Below the pieces are notes generated by a model. That model did not search any database. It was not told where the DNA came from and saw nothing but the letters and a program-made list of their open reading frames with translations. DNA of 64,000 nt from Porticoccus sp. (GTDB lineage Bacteria > Pseudomonadota > Gammaproteobacteria > Pseudomonadales > Porticoccaceae): contig NZ_CBFHYF010000003.1 in assembly GCF_965660005.1 (NCBI RefSeq), positions 43,062 to 107,061 of the forward strand, read 5' to 3'. Positions 53,998 to 64,000 of the stretch are shown piece after piece. The position numbers were made by a program, and so were the translations under genes. Positions within the stretch are counted from its first letter, which is position 1, and every line of letters starts with the position of its first letter.

Positions 53998-54252
53998 ATG
54001 CAACCTTTTACGATCTTCGGTCACGATGCCTGTGGTTTCTGTCGCCGGGCTAAAGCTCTGATGGAAGCAAAGGGGCTGGAATACCGTTATGTGAATATCC
54101 ACGATGAGGGTATCACCCCGGCAGACCTGGCGAAAACGATTGGACAGCCGGTCAATACAGTGCCACAGATATTTCATGGCAAGCAATATATCGGTGGTTT
54201 TCAGGAACTGACCGAATATTTTGAGAAAACAGATCCTACGCAGCAGGCCTGA
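53998..54252 (+). CDS. grxA: glutaredoxin (GrxA-like)
   Basis: 84 aa, collinear with E. coli Grx1 (..VNTVPQIFHGKQYIGGFQEL). The active site reads CGFC instead of CPYC. AGGAGA RBS. Confidence 0.8.
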   Translation: MQPFTIFGHDACGFCRRAKALMEAKGLEYRYVNIHDEGITPADLAKTIGQPVNTVPQIFHGKQYIGGFQELTEYFEKTDPTQQA

Positions 54253-54331
54253 GCAGGCTTCAGCAGTCCCCGCCTGAAATGGACCCGGGCCTGACACACG
54301 ACCATATGCACACCTCTGCATAAACATACAG

Positions 54332-54367
54332 AACGGTATTGGCTCAACACCAGTACCGTTTTTATTT
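54332..54367. terminator. rho-independent terminator shared by the convergent grxA-like and thioesterase genes
   Basis: 11-bp stem AACGGTATTGG / CCAGTACCGTT (one G-U pair), 7-nt loop, then TTTATTT. Confidence 0.75.
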
Positions 54368-54760
54368 GTCTTTTTTGACCGTGCGGGTGTTCCCCTGTTC
54401 GTCGATGGCAACGAAGACAAACTGCCCCTCTGTCACTTTCGCGGGCTCATTGGTGGGTTCAATATTGATCCAGACTTCAACGTTGATGGTCATGGAACTG
54501 CTGCCAACCTGCATCAGCTCGCAGTAGCAACTGACGATGGCGCCAACCGGAACCGGTCGAAGAAACGACATTTCACTGATCGCAACCGTTGCCACGCGAC
54601 CTCGCGCAATTCGCTGAGAAAGAATGGAACTGCCAAGATCCATTTGCGAGAGCAGCCAGCCGCCAAAAATATCACCACTGGAGTTGGTGTCCTTGGGCAT
54701 GGCAATGGTTTGCAGGGTGAGTTCGCCACGGGGTGCCGGCGGTTGATTAATCTCGGTCAA
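54362..54760 (-). CDS. acyl-CoA thioesterase (YciA-like hotdog fold)
   Basis: 132 aa. GELTLQTIAMPKDTNSSGDIFGGWLLSQMD is typical of YciA. Confidence 0.85.
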   Translation of the reverse strand: MTEINQPPAPRGELTLQTIAMPKDTNSSGDIFGGWLLSQMDLGSSILSQRIARGRVATVAISEMSFLRPVPVGAIVSCYCELMQVGSSSMTINVEVWINIEPTNEPAKVTEGQFVFVAIDEQGNTRTVKKDK

Positions 54761-54794
54761 GCTCTACTCCTTATTATTGGATCCGGTGGGGGTT

Positions 54795-56165
54795 TCAAAA
54801 AACCACCGATGGCAGCCAGGTGGCCAGTGGTGGCCAGATGGCCAACATCAACATCAGCAATAGCTGAATGATGATAAAGGGCACGACGCCACGGTAGATA
54901 TCACGGGTCGCCACCGAGGGGGGTGCGACACCGCGCAGATAGAACAGGGCAAAGCCAAACGGCGGTGTCAGAAAAGAGGTTTGCAGATTGATGGCGATCA
55001 TGATACCAAGCCATATTGGATCGAGCCCCATTGCCAGCAAAATAGGTCCGACGATGGGTACGACGACAAATGTAATTTCGATAAAGTCGAGAATAAAACC
55101 CAGTAGAAAAATCACCACCATGACCACCAGTGTGGCACCGATAATCCCGCCGGGAATACGATTGAACAGATCCTCCATCAATTCCTCGCCACCAAAACCC
55201 CGGAAGATCAGTGAAAATATCGCGGCACCGATCAGAATCAGAAACACCATGGCAGTGACTTCAGTGGTTGACTGCGTGACGTCGCGCAATCTTTTCATGG
55301 TCAGTTGCCGGCGACCCAAAGCCAGCAGTGTGGCGCCCATCGCGCCGACGCCCGCCGCTTCCGTGGGGGTGGCGGCACCACTGAGGATCGAGCCCAGTAC
55401 GGCCACGATCAATGCCACCGGCGGCAACAGGCTGCGCAGTAACCTGGTGGGTGAGAGGTTTGAATCCCCGTCGATTTCAACCACCGGGGCAAGTTGCGGT
55501 TTAATTCGCGAGATGAGAATCAAATACAGAATGTACATGATTACCAGCAGTGTGCCGGGCACAATGGCGCCGACAAAAAGATCTCCGATGGAGATCGTCT
55601 TGGGATTGAAAATACCCAGCCCGAGCTGGGCCTGCTGATAGGCGCTGGACAGGATGTCGCCCAGCAGAACCAGTGCAATTGAAGGTGGAATGATCTGGCC
55701 CAACGTCCCGGTAGCACAGATCGAGCCGGTTGCCAGTGCGGGGTCATAACCCCGTTTCAACATGGTGGGCAGGGACATCAGGCCCATGGCTACCACTGTG
55801 GCGCCGACAATCCCGGTACTGGCGGCCAGCAGCATACCCACCACCACCACTGAAATGCCCAGACCTCCCTTGAACTTGCCAAATAGCAGGGCCATGCTGT
55901 CCAGCAGGTCCTCCGCCAACCTGGATTTCTCCAGCATCACGCCCATCAGGACAAACAGGGGTACCGCGATCAGGGTGGTGTTATCGATCGTGCCGTATAG
56001 CCGGTTGGGCAGGGCATGCAAAAAGGACATATCAAAATGGCCGGTAGCGGTGCCCACCATCGCAAAAATCAGGGCAGTCCCTGCCAGCGAGAGTGCCACC
56101 GGGTAGCCCCCCATGAGCATCAGACAGACTACCGCAAACATCAGCAGGGGAATGTATTCAGCCAT
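54795..56165 (-). CDS. TRAP transporter large permease (DctM)
   Basis: 456-aa polytopic protein with DctM-family blocks (LFVLMGVMLEKS, MSLPTMLKRGY). Confidence 0.9.
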   Translation of the reverse strand: MAEYIPLLMFAVVCLMLMGGYPVALSLAGTALIFAMVGTATGHFDMSFLHALPNRLYGTIDNTTLIAVPLFVLMGVMLEKSRLAEDLLDSMALLFGKFKGGLGISVVVVGMLLAASTGIVGATVVAMGLMSLPTMLKRGYDPALATGSICATGTLGQIIPPSIALVLLGDILSSAYQQAQLGLGIFNPKTISIGDLFVGAIVPGTLLVIMYILYLILISRIKPQLAPVVEIDGDSNLSPTRLLRSLLPPVALIVAVLGSILSGAATPTEAAGVGAMGATLLALGRRQLTMKRLRDVTQSTTEVTAMVFLILIGAAIFSLIFRGFGGEELMEDLFNRIPGGIIGATLVVMVVIFLLGFILDFIEITFVVVPIVGPILLAMGLDPIWLGIMIAINLQTSFLTPPFGFALFYLRGVAPPSVATRDIYRGVVPFIIIQLLLMLMLAIWPPLATWLPSVVF

Positions 56166-56722
56166 CAGAGCAGGTGCTCCTGATGTTCAATGGTCTGTAT
56201 CTGGGTCAGGCCAAAGAAAAACAGCAGATTTTTGATCAACTCCGCTATGCCCTGTAACAGTAGAGTCACCGGCATGACGATGAGCAGTGTTTTCAGCAGG
56301 TATACCCACGGCAACCCCTTCGCTTCCCTGGAAACTTCCCGGATTGCCCAGCTGTTCTCGACGTATTCCCAGCAGAACAGCAGTATCAAAAGGCACACGG
56401 GGATTAGAAACAGCAGACCGCCCAGTGCATCTACCAGTGCCTTGATACGGGGGCTGTAATGTTGATAGAAAATATCCACACGGACATGACCGCCGCGTTT
56501 CAGCGTAGAAGCTGCACCCAGCAGGAAAACCAGCGCGTGAAGATACGTGACGGATTCCTGCAGGGCGATCGAGCCGGACTGCAGGAAGTAGCGCATCACC
56601 ACCACCAGGCAGGTCAGTGCCATCATGGCGAGGGTCAACCAGGCGACCAGCTTGCCGGTCCATTCGGTAAAACAGTCGATACCCCTGGCCAGACTCTCAA
56701 GAAAATGAACAAGTCGAGGCAT
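56165..56722 (-). CDS. TRAP transporter small permease (DctQ)
   Basis: About 185 aa with 4 TM segments. Overlaps the dctM start by 1 nt. ATG 56722 (MPRLVHFLE) is preferred over 56749. Confidence 0.85.
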   Translation of the reverse strand: MPRLVHFLESLARGIDCFTEWTGKLVAWLTLAMMALTCLVVVMRYFLQSGSIALQESVTYLHALVFLLGAASTLKRGGHVRVDIFYQHYSPRIKALVDALGGLLFLIPVCLLILLFCWEYVENSWAIREVSREAKGLPWVYLLKTLLIVMPVTLLLQGIAELIKNLLFFFGLTQIQTIEHQEHLL

Positions 56723-56883
56723 TTTTATTATCTCTCGCAACTGCCGCACAGTTTATAAGACCGAGCCGGTCGCGACCAGAACAAACCTGTCCGGTCGGGC
56801 AGGTCATGAAAGGCGCTTGTGGCAAAGATGAAGCCGGCATGGCAATCCAGCTGGAAGCCTGTATATATATTGGCATCTGATAG

Positions 56884-56923
56884 CTGTCACATTACTGTCA
56901 TACAAGATTCATAGAGTTGTCAC
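56884..56923 (+). promoter_or_regulatory. Pho boxes upstream of pstS
   Basis: CTGTCAC-ATTA-CTGTCAT at 56884-56901 is a near-perfect PhoB box. A weaker box follows in 11-bp register and ends in TTGTCAC (56917-56923). Confidence 0.75.
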
Positions 56924-56975
56924 GATAGACCACTAGCATCAGTCCCGATGTTAATGATCAGCCCTGGAGGCAAAC

Positions 56976-58025
56976 GTGAAAAATATCCATAAATTAGTAC
57001 TCGCTGCAGCACTGGCTCTATCCAGTGTGCCAGCAATGGCTCGTGATACCGTTTCCATAGTCGGTTCATCCACCGTCTACCCCTTTGCCACTGTGGTGGC
57101 AGAACGGTTCGGCCGCAACACCAGTTTCCCGACCCCCAAAATTGAATCCACCGGTTCCGGTGGTGGACTAAAGCTGTTCTGTCAGGGTGTCGGTACCCAG
57201 CATCCCGATATCACCAATGCTTCCCGTCGTATGAAGCAGTCGGAGTTTGAGCTGTGCAACTCCAACGGTGTTAAAGATATTACCGAAGTGCAGATCGGAT
57301 ATGATGGTCTGGTAGTCGCCAATTCCGTAAAAGGAGCGGATCTCGATATTTCCCTGCGTGATCTGTACCTGGCGATGGCCAAGGATGTGCCAAATCCGAA
57401 CGGCACAGAAGAGCTGGTGCCCAATCCCTACAAAACTTGGAAAGACGTCAATCCGGCACTGCCAAATGTCAAAATTGAAGTGGTAGGTCCGCCGCCTACT
57501 TCCGGTACCCGCGATTCGTTCAACGAACTGGGTGTTGAAGGCGGCTGCAAAACGTTCCCCTGGTTAAAAGCGATGAAAGCTCAGGACAAAAACAAATACA
57601 AATCCGTGTGTCGCAGCATTCGCGAAGATGGCCACTACATCGAAGCTGGCGAAAACGATAATCTGATCGTTCAGAAACTGGAATCTTCACCCACTATACT
57701 GGGCGTCTTTGGCTTCTCGTTCCTCGATCAGAACCGCTCTATTGTGAAAGCCGTAAAAATCAAAGGTGTCAGCCCGAACATGGAAACAGTCGGCAGTGGT
57801 GAATACCCGATGGCCCGCTCCATGTTCTTCTACGTGAAAAAAGCCCACGTCGGTGTGATTCCCGGTATCCAGGAGTACGTGAAAGAGTTCACCAATGATC
57901 GCGCCTGGGGCGATAAAGGCTATCTGGCGGACAAGGGCCTGATTCCGTCACCAAAAAATGAGCGCATGACATGGGCAAATAACGCCAAATCGCTCAACAG
58001 CATGACAGGCAAAGAGTTTGAATAA
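56976..58025 (+). CDS. pstS: phosphate ABC transporter substrate-binding protein
   Basis: 349 aa. Signal peptide, GSSTVYPF and TSGTRDSF motifs. GTG start with GGAGG upstream. Confidence 0.92.
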   Translation: MKNIHKLVLAAALALSSVPAMARDTVSIVGSSTVYPFATVVAERFGRNTSFPTPKIESTGSGGGLKLFCQGVGTQHPDITNASRRMKQSEFELCNSNGVKDITEVQIGYDGLVVANSVKGADLDISLRDLYLAMAKDVPNPNGTEELVPNPYKTWKDVNPALPNVKIEVVGPPPTSGTRDSFNELGVEGGCKTFPWLKAMKAQDKNKYKSVCRSIREDGHYIEAGENDNLIVQKLESSPTILGVFGFSFLDQNRSIVKAVKIKGVSPNMETVGSGEYPMARSMFFYVKKAHVGVIPGIQEYVKEFTNDRAWGDKGYLADKGLIPSPKNERMTWANNAKSLNSMTGKEFE

Positions 58026-58044
58026 GCCAGACTAGAGTCACCCG

Positions 58045-58073
58045 GCCCGGCGTGAAATACGTCGGGCTTTTTT
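58045..58073 (+). terminator. intra-operon terminator/attenuator after pstS
   Basis: GCCCGGCG-TGAAATA-CGTCGGGC followed by TTTTTT. Confidence 0.65.
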
Positions 58074-58141
58074 GTCCCCGGTTATCGGGAAGTTCACGTC
58101 ACTGAATAAATGTTGATGACGGAGAGAGACTGGAGCAGTTC

Positions 58142-59530
58142 ATGCAGACCGGACAGTTATTATTAATACTTGCCGCGATGATTGTTACGGCCTTCATCAT
58201 GGGTCGCCACCGGGCACTGCAGGTTGCACAGCCGTTGGGTGGTATCCGTCATCTGCGCTCGCTGCCGTTTTACTATGCGATGCGCTCGGCGATCTGGTGT
58301 GCGCTGCCGGCACTGATGGTGCTGGTGTTCTGGATGGTATTCGATCAGACCCTGATCCGTATCATGGTATTGGACAGCCTGCCCGCAGGGCTGCAACCGG
58401 TGGATGACACTGCACGCAACCTGGCTCTCAGCCAGATAGGCAATGTTGCCAGTGGTGCACTGCCACCGGATTTCGTGGATGCCGCCGTGGCCAAAGCCGC
58501 CGAACGATTGAACCAGCTGCAATCGATCAGTGCCATGGCCATGGCCGTGGTCGTGATTGTACTGGCCATGCTGGGTGGTGCCTGGGCATGGTTGCGCGTT
58601 TCCGCTAGGCTGCCTGCCCGCGAACAGGTGGAGCGGGTATTGCTGGTCATCTTCATGCTCTGCGCGGTACTGGCTGTTGTGACCACGGTCGGCATCGTGT
58701 TCTCTGTGCTGTTTGAATCGATCCGGTTTTTTGGTCAGGTACCAATCACGGATTTCCTATTCGGGCTCAACTGGAGCCCGCAAATGGCGCTGCGTGCGGA
58801 CCAGGTGGCCTCGGAGGGTGCCTTTGGTGCTGTGCCGTTGTTCGCTGGCACCCTGCTGATTTCTGCCATTGCCCTGATCGTGGCGGTACCCGTGGGGCTG
58901 ATGTCGGCCATTTATCTGGCGGAATATGCCCACTCCAAGGTGCGATCTTTCGCCAAGCCGGCACTGGAAGTGCTGGCTGGTGTGCCAACCGTTGTGTACG
59001 GTTTTTTTGCTGCGCTCACCGTGGCGCCTTTTATTCGCGATGTCGGCCAGTTCCTGGGGTTGTCCGTTTCATCTGAATCTGCGCTGGCTGCCGGACTGGT
59101 GATGGGGATCATGTTGATTCCCTTTGTCTCGTCCCTGTCTGACGATGTGATCACCGCCGTGCCCAGAGCGATGCGGGATGCTTCACTGGGCCTTGGTGCC
59201 ACGCGTTCGGAAACCATCAAAAAGGTGATTTTCCCCGCGGCGCTGCCGGGCATTATGGGCGGTATTCTACTGGCGGCTTCACGGGCCATCGGTGAAACCA
59301 TGATTGTCGTGATGGCGGCCGGTCTGGCGGCAAATCTCACCGCCAATCCCTTGCAGGCTGTCACCACCATCACGGTACAGATTGTCACGCTGCTGACCGG
59401 GGATCAGGAATTCGACAGCGCCAAAACACTGGCGGCATTTGCCCTGGGCCTGATGCTGTTTGTCACCACGCTGCTGATGAATGTGGTTGCTCTGCACGTC
59501 GTCAAGAAATACCGGGAACAGTACGAATAG
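58142..59530 (+). CDS. pstC: phosphate ABC transporter permease PstC (long form)
   Basis: 462 aa. EAA-loop region (GLGATRSETIKKVIFPAALPGI). Confidence 0.92.
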   Translation: MQTGQLLLILAAMIVTAFIMGRHRALQVAQPLGGIRHLRSLPFYYAMRSAIWCALPALMVLVFWMVFDQTLIRIMVLDSLPAGLQPVDDTARNLALSQIGNVASGALPPDFVDAAVAKAAERLNQLQSISAMAMAVVVIVLAMLGGAWAWLRVSARLPAREQVERVLLVIFMLCAVLAVVTTVGIVFSVLFESIRFFGQVPITDFLFGLNWSPQMALRADQVASEGAFGAVPLFAGTLLISAIALIVAVPVGLMSAIYLAEYAHSKVRSFAKPALEVLAGVPTVVYGFFAALTVAPFIRDVGQFLGLSVSSESALAAGLVMGIMLIPFVSSLSDDVITAVPRAMRDASLGLGATRSETIKKVIFPAALPGIMGGILLAASRAIGETMIVVMAAGLAANLTANPLQAVTTITVQIVTLLTGDQEFDSAKTLAAFALGLMLFVTTLLMNVVALHVVKKYREQYE

Positions 59531-59553
59531 ACTCGGCTGCAGGAGAATAAAGT

Positions 59554-60822
59554 ATGAGTGAAACCACTGAGCAGGTCCGCAAAACGCTGGCACGGCGCTA
59601 TCGGGCGGAAAAACGCTTCAAGGTCTATGGTATCTGTGCCATCAGTATTGGTCTGTTGGCGCTGCTGTTGCTGTTCACCGACATCATTGGCAAGGGCTAT
59701 CGGGCATTTTACGAATATTCCGTCTCTCTGCAGATTACCTTTGATCCGGAAATCCTGGAAATAGACGATCCGCGCGACCCGGAACAATTGCAGTACGGCA
59801 ACTACGAAGGCATTGTCCGCGAGGCCCTGCTGGCACGCTTTCCCGGTGTGGAAGGGCGTGAAGACAAGCGCGCACTGTATGCCCTGGTCAGCACCGCTGC
59901 GGGGTATCTACTGCGGAACATGCTGGAAGACTCACCGGAGTTACTCGGCCAGACCCGCACGTTGTGGTTACAGCTCGATGATGATGCAGATATGTTTCTG
60001 AAGAGCAGTGAGGCAAAGCGTAAAACGGCCCGTCTCAGCGAACAACAGCGAGCCTGGATGGTTGAACTGGAGCAAACTCAGGAGATTCGAGCGGGTTTTA
60101 ATCACTCGCTGTTTACCCGGGGCGATTCCCGTGAACCGGAACAGGCCGGTATTCTGGGTGCGATACTGGGCTCTCTATTCACCATGCTGGTGACATTGGC
60201 GCTGAGTTTCCCCATCGGGGTGGCCGCGGCTGTTTATCTGGAGGAGTTTGCGCCGAAAAATCGCTTCACCGACTTTATCGAAGTGAATATCAACAATCTG
60301 GCCGCTGTGCCCTCCATCATCTTCGGTTTACTGGGGCTGGCAGTATTCATCGGCCTGTTCGGCATGCCGCGCTCGATTCCCCTGGTGGGTGGGTTGGTAC
60401 TGACGTTGATGACGTTGCCCACCATCATTATTTCCAGTCGTGCAGCAATCAAGGCGGTTCCCCCCAGCATTCGCCAGGCGGCCATGGGGCTGGGCGCCTC
60501 AAAAATGCAGGTGGTACTGCAATTTGTCTTGCCGCTGGCGCTACCGGGCATGCTGACCGGTGGCATCATTGGAATGGCCCAGGCCCTGGGCGAAACAGCC
60601 CCGTTGCTGATGATTGGCATGGTGGCATTTATCGTTGAGCTGCCCGCTGGGGCACTGGATGCCGCCACGGTCTTGCCGGTTCAGGTATTTCTCTGGGCCA
60701 GCAGCCCCGAACAATCGTTTGTCACCATGACATCGGCAGCCATCATGGTACTTATGACATTTCTCATCACCATGAATACCCTGGCGGTGGTCATGCGCAA
60801 ACGCCTGGAACGTCGCTGGTAA
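59554..60822 (+). CDS. pstA: phosphate ABC transporter permease PstA (long form)
   Basis: 422 aa. AAMGLGASKMQVVLQFVLPLALPG. Confidence 0.92.
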   Translation: MSETTEQVRKTLARRYRAEKRFKVYGICAISIGLLALLLLFTDIIGKGYRAFYEYSVSLQITFDPEILEIDDPRDPEQLQYGNYEGIVREALLARFPGVEGREDKRALYALVSTAAGYLLRNMLEDSPELLGQTRTLWLQLDDDADMFLKSSEAKRKTARLSEQQRAWMVELEQTQEIRAGFNHSLFTRGDSREPEQAGILGAILGSLFTMLVTLALSFPIGVAAAVYLEEFAPKNRFTDFIEVNINNLAAVPSIIFGLLGLAVFIGLFGMPRSIPLVGGLVLTLMTLPTIIISSRAAIKAVPPSIRQAAMGLGASKMQVVLQFVLPLALPGMLTGGIIGMAQALGETAPLLMIGMVAFIVELPAGALDAATVLPVQVFLWASSPEQSFVTMTSAAIMVLMTFLITMNTLAVVMRKRLERRW

Positions 60823-60838
60823 CTGACAGGAAGAAACA

Positions 60839-61729
60839 ATGGATATTGCAGAAAAAATAAATGTGTTTCAGGATGCTGTGCAGGTGGACCGAAGAGTTGA
60901 TGCACAAGAGCAGATTATGGCAGAAGAAAATTTGTTTATTCCGGAAAAGACCGTTGGCGCACCCTTTGTGGATGACCCAAAGATGCGCATGCGCGATGTT
61001 GATGTGTTTTATGATACGGATCAGGCGATCCACGGCATCAGTCTTGATATCGGTAAAAACGAGGTGGTGGCACTGATCGGCCCCAGTGGTTGTGGTAAAT
61101 CCACCTTCCTGCGCTGCATGAACCGGATGAATGATACGATTGATATCTGCTGTGTTCAGGGCAGCCTGTATCTGGAAGATCAGGATATTTACGACCCGAA
61201 GCTGGATGTGGTGGAACTGCGCGCCCGGGTCGGAATGGTGTTCCAGAAGCCCAATCCCTTTCCCAAGTCGATTTATGACAACGTCGCCTACGGCCCGCGC
61301 ATCCACGGCCTGGCCAATCGCAAAACCGATCTGGACGAGATTGTCGAAAACAGCTTGCGCAAGGCGGGGTTGTGGGACGAGGTGAAAGATCGTCTGGACT
61401 CTCCCGGTACCGGCCTTTCCGGTGGGCAGCAACAACGGCTATGTATTGCCAGGACCATTGCCGTCAGCCCGGAAGTGGTATTGATGGACGAGCCTTGCTC
61501 GGCCCTGGACCCGATTGCCACCGCCAGGATTGAAGAGCTGATCAGGGAGTTGAGTGAGTCCTATACCATCGCCATCGTGACCCACTCGATGCAGCAGGCC
61601 GCAAGGGTTTCCCAGCGCACCGCCTATTTCCACCTCGGCTGGCTGATCGAAATGAACGACACCGACACCGTCTTCACCAAGCCGCAACACGAGCTGACGG
61701 AAGCCTATATCACAGGACGCTTTGGCTAA
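60839..61729 (+). CDS. pstB: phosphate ABC transporter ATP-binding protein
   Basis: GPSGCGKST Walker [10 protein letters not shown] signature. The N-terminus is about 30 aa longer than many PstB proteins; an internal ATG at 60917 is possible. Confidence 0.95.
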   Translation: MDIAEKINVFQDAVQVDRRVDAQEQIMAEENLFIPEKTVGAPFVDDPKMRMRDVDVFYDTDQAIHGISLDIGKNEVVALIGPSGCGKSTFLRCMNRMNDTIDICCVQGSLYLEDQDIYDPKLDVVELRARVGMVFQKPNPFPKSIYDNVAYGPRIHGLANRKTDLDEIVENSLRKAGLWDEVKDRLDSPGTGLSGGQQQRLCIARTIAVSPEVVLMDEPCSALDPIATARIEELIRELSESYTIAIVTHSMQQAARVSQRTAYFHLGWLIEMNDTDTVFTKPQHELTEAYITGRFG

Positions 61730-61739
61730 GGAGCTGAGG

Positions 61740-62429
61740 ATGGACAACTTGAATCTCGACCAACATATTTCCAGACAATTTAATGAAGACCTGGAAGAAA
61801 TCAGGAGCAGCATGCTGGAAATGGGTGGCCTGGTGGAAAAACAGGTAGCCGATGCAATTCGTGCTCTGGAAGATGCTGACAGCACGTTGGCAGATAAAGT
61901 CATCGAGGTGGAATCCAGAATCGATGCCATGGAAATGGACATTGATGATACCTGCACCACCCTGATTGCCCGGCGTCAGCCAGCGGCCAGTGATCTTCGG
62001 ATGGTGCTCGCCGTGTCCAAGACACTTAGGGATCTGGAGCGGATCGGTGACGAAGCCAACAAAATTGCCAAAATGGCGATTTTGCTCTCCGAGCATGGCA
62101 GCGCTCCCCGGGGCTATACCGAGGTGCGTCATATCGGCAATTGTGTGAGAAAAATGCTCAATGATGCCCTGGACGCCTTCTCACGTTTTGATGCCGAGTC
62201 GGCAATCGCCACGATGAAAGACGACCGTCAGGTGGATATGGACTACAAGTCTGCCCTGCGTGAAATGATCACTTACATGATGGAAGACCCCCGCAGTATT
62301 TCGCGTTCCATGAATATTCTCTGGACACTGCGCTCCCTGGAGCGCATTGGCGACCACGCCAAGAATATCTGCGAGCATATCGTCTATCTGGTGCAGGGTC
62401 GGGATATCCGGCATCGCGACCCCGGTTGA
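61740..62429 (+). CDS. phoU: phosphate signalling complex protein PhoU
   Basis: HISRQFNEDLEEIRS... and duplicated ERIGD motifs. ATG 61740 with AAGGAG 6 nt upstream. Confidence 0.95.
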   Translation: MDNLNLDQHISRQFNEDLEEIRSSMLEMGGLVEKQVADAIRALEDADSTLADKVIEVESRIDAMEMDIDDTCTTLIARRQPAASDLRMVLAVSKTLRDLERIGDEANKIAKMAILLSEHGSAPRGYTEVRHIGNCVRKMLNDALDAFSRFDAESAIATMKDDRQVDMDYKSALREMITYMMEDPRSISRSMNILWTLRSLERIGDHAKNICEHIVYLVQGRDIRHRDPG

Positions 62430-62460
62430 ATCACCGTAGCGACACGGCCAGACTCACTTT

Positions 62461-62489
62461 AAAAACCGGATTAAAAATCCGGTTTTTTT
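62461..62489 (+). terminator. rho-independent terminator of the pst-phoU operon
   Basis: ACCGGA-TTAAAAA-TCCGGT followed by TTTTTT. Confidence 0.8.
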
Positions 62490-62544
62490 GTATCCCCACT
62501 GACCGTACACTTGTTGCCTGAAAGAGTCCGGTGGAGTATTCACA

Positions 62545-63201
62545 GTGAAACAACTGTTTGAGAACAATGTTGCCTGGGCCGCGGCCCAGAAAAAGAACGA
62601 TCCCTCCTTTTTTGAGCGGCTTTTAAAACAGCAAACGCCGGAGTATTTGTGGATCGGCTGTTCCGATAGCCGGGTGCCGGCCAATGAAATTGTCGGCCTG
62701 ATGCCCGGCGAATTATTTGTCCACCGAAATGTGGCCAATATGGTGGTGCACAGTGACCTCAACTGCCTCTCAGTGATGCAGTATGCCGTCGAATATCTCA
62801 AGGTCAAGCACGTGATAGTGACTGGTCACTATGGCTGTGGTGGTGTCAAAGCCGCCGTCTTGAAGCAAAATCTGGGATTGATCGACCATTGGCTGTTGAA
62901 TGTTCAGGATGTGCAGTACATCCATCAGACTTACCTGACCGATAATGCCGATGAAGACCGGGTCATCGATCAGGTCTGTGAATTGAACGTCATTGAGCAG
63001 GTGGTCAATGTCTGTAAAACCAACATCATCAGGGATGCCTGGATCCGCGGTCAGTCGCTGACGGTGCATGGCTGGATTTACGGTATTGCCGATGGCCTGT
63101 TGCGCGATCTGAACATGAATATCAGTTGTCGTGAAGAAATGCGCAACGTCTATCACGCAGCTGTCGAAGGCATCAAACAACGCTATGCCGAACCCACCTG
63201 A
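62545..63201 (+). CDS. can: beta-class carbonic anhydrase
   Basis: PEYLWIGCSDSRVP, HYGCGGV. GTG start with GGAG upstream. Confidence 0.92.
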   Translation: MKQLFENNVAWAAAQKKNDPSFFERLLKQQTPEYLWIGCSDSRVPANEIVGLMPGELFVHRNVANMVVHSDLNCLSVMQYAVEYLKVKHVIVTGHYGCGGVKAAVLKQNLGLIDHWLLNVQDVQYIHQTYLTDNADEDRVIDQVCELNVIEQVVNVCKTNIIRDAWIRGQSLTVHGWIYGIADGLLRDLNMNISCREEMRNVYHAAVEGIKQRYAEPT

Positions 63202-63225
63202 TCCCGAATACAAGAGCCCGAAACT

Positions 63226-63993
63226 ATGAGCAATTTGGACGCCCCGGTTGTGCTATCCATGGAAGGAGCGGTAGCTCACATCCTTCTCAATAACCCAGCC
63301 AAACACAATTCACTGACTGCCGCTGGCATTGATCTGTTTATCGATTGCCTGAATCAGGTGGACGCCAACCGGGATATCCGGGTCCTGGTGATCACCGGTC
63401 AGGGGGAGAAAACCTTTTGCGCTGGCGCATCGCTCGAAGAGGTGACTTCGGGCGACCTGACCGGTGATAAACTTGAAACCCTCACTGATCGACTCACGGC
63501 CATGCCCATGCCGGTGATCTGTGCACTCAATGGCAGTGTCTACGGAGGTGGCTCGGAAATTGCCCTGTGCTGCGATTTCCGGATAGGTGTTTACGGTATG
63601 CGGCTCAAGGTGCCTGCCGCCGAAATCGGTCTCTGCTATCCGCCCAACGGCATTCGCCGCTATGTGAAGCGACTGGGTGTCACCACGGCCAAACGGATTC
63701 TGGTGGCAGCGGAAGTGCTGGATGCAGAAATGCTGTTGCGGGCCGGTTACCTGACCCATCTGGTGCTTCAGGATGAGCTTGAGGTGGAAACTTCGAAACT
63801 GGTGGGCACATTGACACCACTCTCACCGACCGCAGTAAGCGTCATGAAGCAGCTCTGCGATCAGGCGGCAGATGGCAATGTTGACCCTGCCGATACCCTC
63901 GCGTTGACCCTGCGCTGCCACCGCTCCGGAGATCTGCAGGAAGGGCTGCGGGCGCGCTGGGAAAATCGCCAACCGAATTTTACCCACCGCTAA
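63226..63993 (+). CDS. enoyl-CoA hydratase/isomerase family protein
   Basis: 255 aa crotonase fold (FCAGASLEE, GSVYGGGSEIALCCDFRI). Confidence 0.85.
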   Translation: MSNLDAPVVLSMEGAVAHILLNNPAKHNSLTAAGIDLFIDCLNQVDANRDIRVLVITGQGEKTFCAGASLEEVTSGDLTGDKLETLTDRLTAMPMPVICALNGSVYGGGSEIALCCDFRIGVYGMRLKVPAAEIGLCYPPNGIRRYVKRLGVTTAKRILVAAEVLDAEMLLRAGYLTHLVLQDELEVETSKLVGTLTPLSPTAVSVMKQLCDQAADGNVDPADTLALTLRCHRSGDLQEGLRARWENRQPNFTHR

Positions 63994-64000
63994 TTATCCG

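Overview
This is a core chromosomal window covering the replication-origin neighbourhood of a gammaproteobacterium. GC is about 50% by eye, not computed. Gene order closely follows the Pseudomonas/Oceanospirillales-type layout: coxB | dinF ... aroE-hemF-tsaC-purE-dprA-LysM | def-fmt-rsmB-trkA-trkH | rimK module | uvrD | hexR | glmSU-atpCDGAHFEBI-parBA-rsmG-mnmG | rpmH-rnpA-yidD-yidC-mnmE-dnaA-dnaN-recF-gyrB | acyltransferase-gmhB-glySQ | TRAP dctQM | pstSCAB-phoU | can. I call 64 protein-coding genes. Three are absent from the ORF track: a 5'-partial coxB, rpmH, and a 57-aa charged ORF. I found no rRNA or tRNA genes, no CRISPR array, and no transposase, integrase or phage genes. This is not an accessory island, and I see no convincing novel multi-gene system. 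The leads worth a second look are mostly non-coding or architectural. (1) The rpmH-to-mnmE block is inverted relative to the usual rpmH<>dnaA divergent arrangement, which leaves two origin-like spacers. The mnmG-rpmH spacer has an AT-rich tract and five identical copies of a non-canonical 9-mer, TTACCCACA. The mnmE-dnaA spacer has canonical TTATCCACA boxes around another AT-rich tract, and the two spacers share a 20-nt word. (2) Two perfect 16-bp parS palindromes lie inside recF in the same reading frame. (3) An orphan sigma70-like promoter carries a perfect palindrome in its spacer and is followed by an intrinsic terminator. Together they delimit a candidate sRNA of about 185 nt downstream of glmS. 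(4) A 57-aa ORF with three DRR repeats has its own promoter-like signal and a shared terminator. Lesser items are a TRAP transporter split 36 kb apart, a bacterial alkaline-ceramidase-like membrane hydrolase, a rimK/protease/M14 module, and many apparent TTG/GTG starts on housekeeping genes. Product calls rest on my own recognition of the translated sequences and on synteny; no database search was run.
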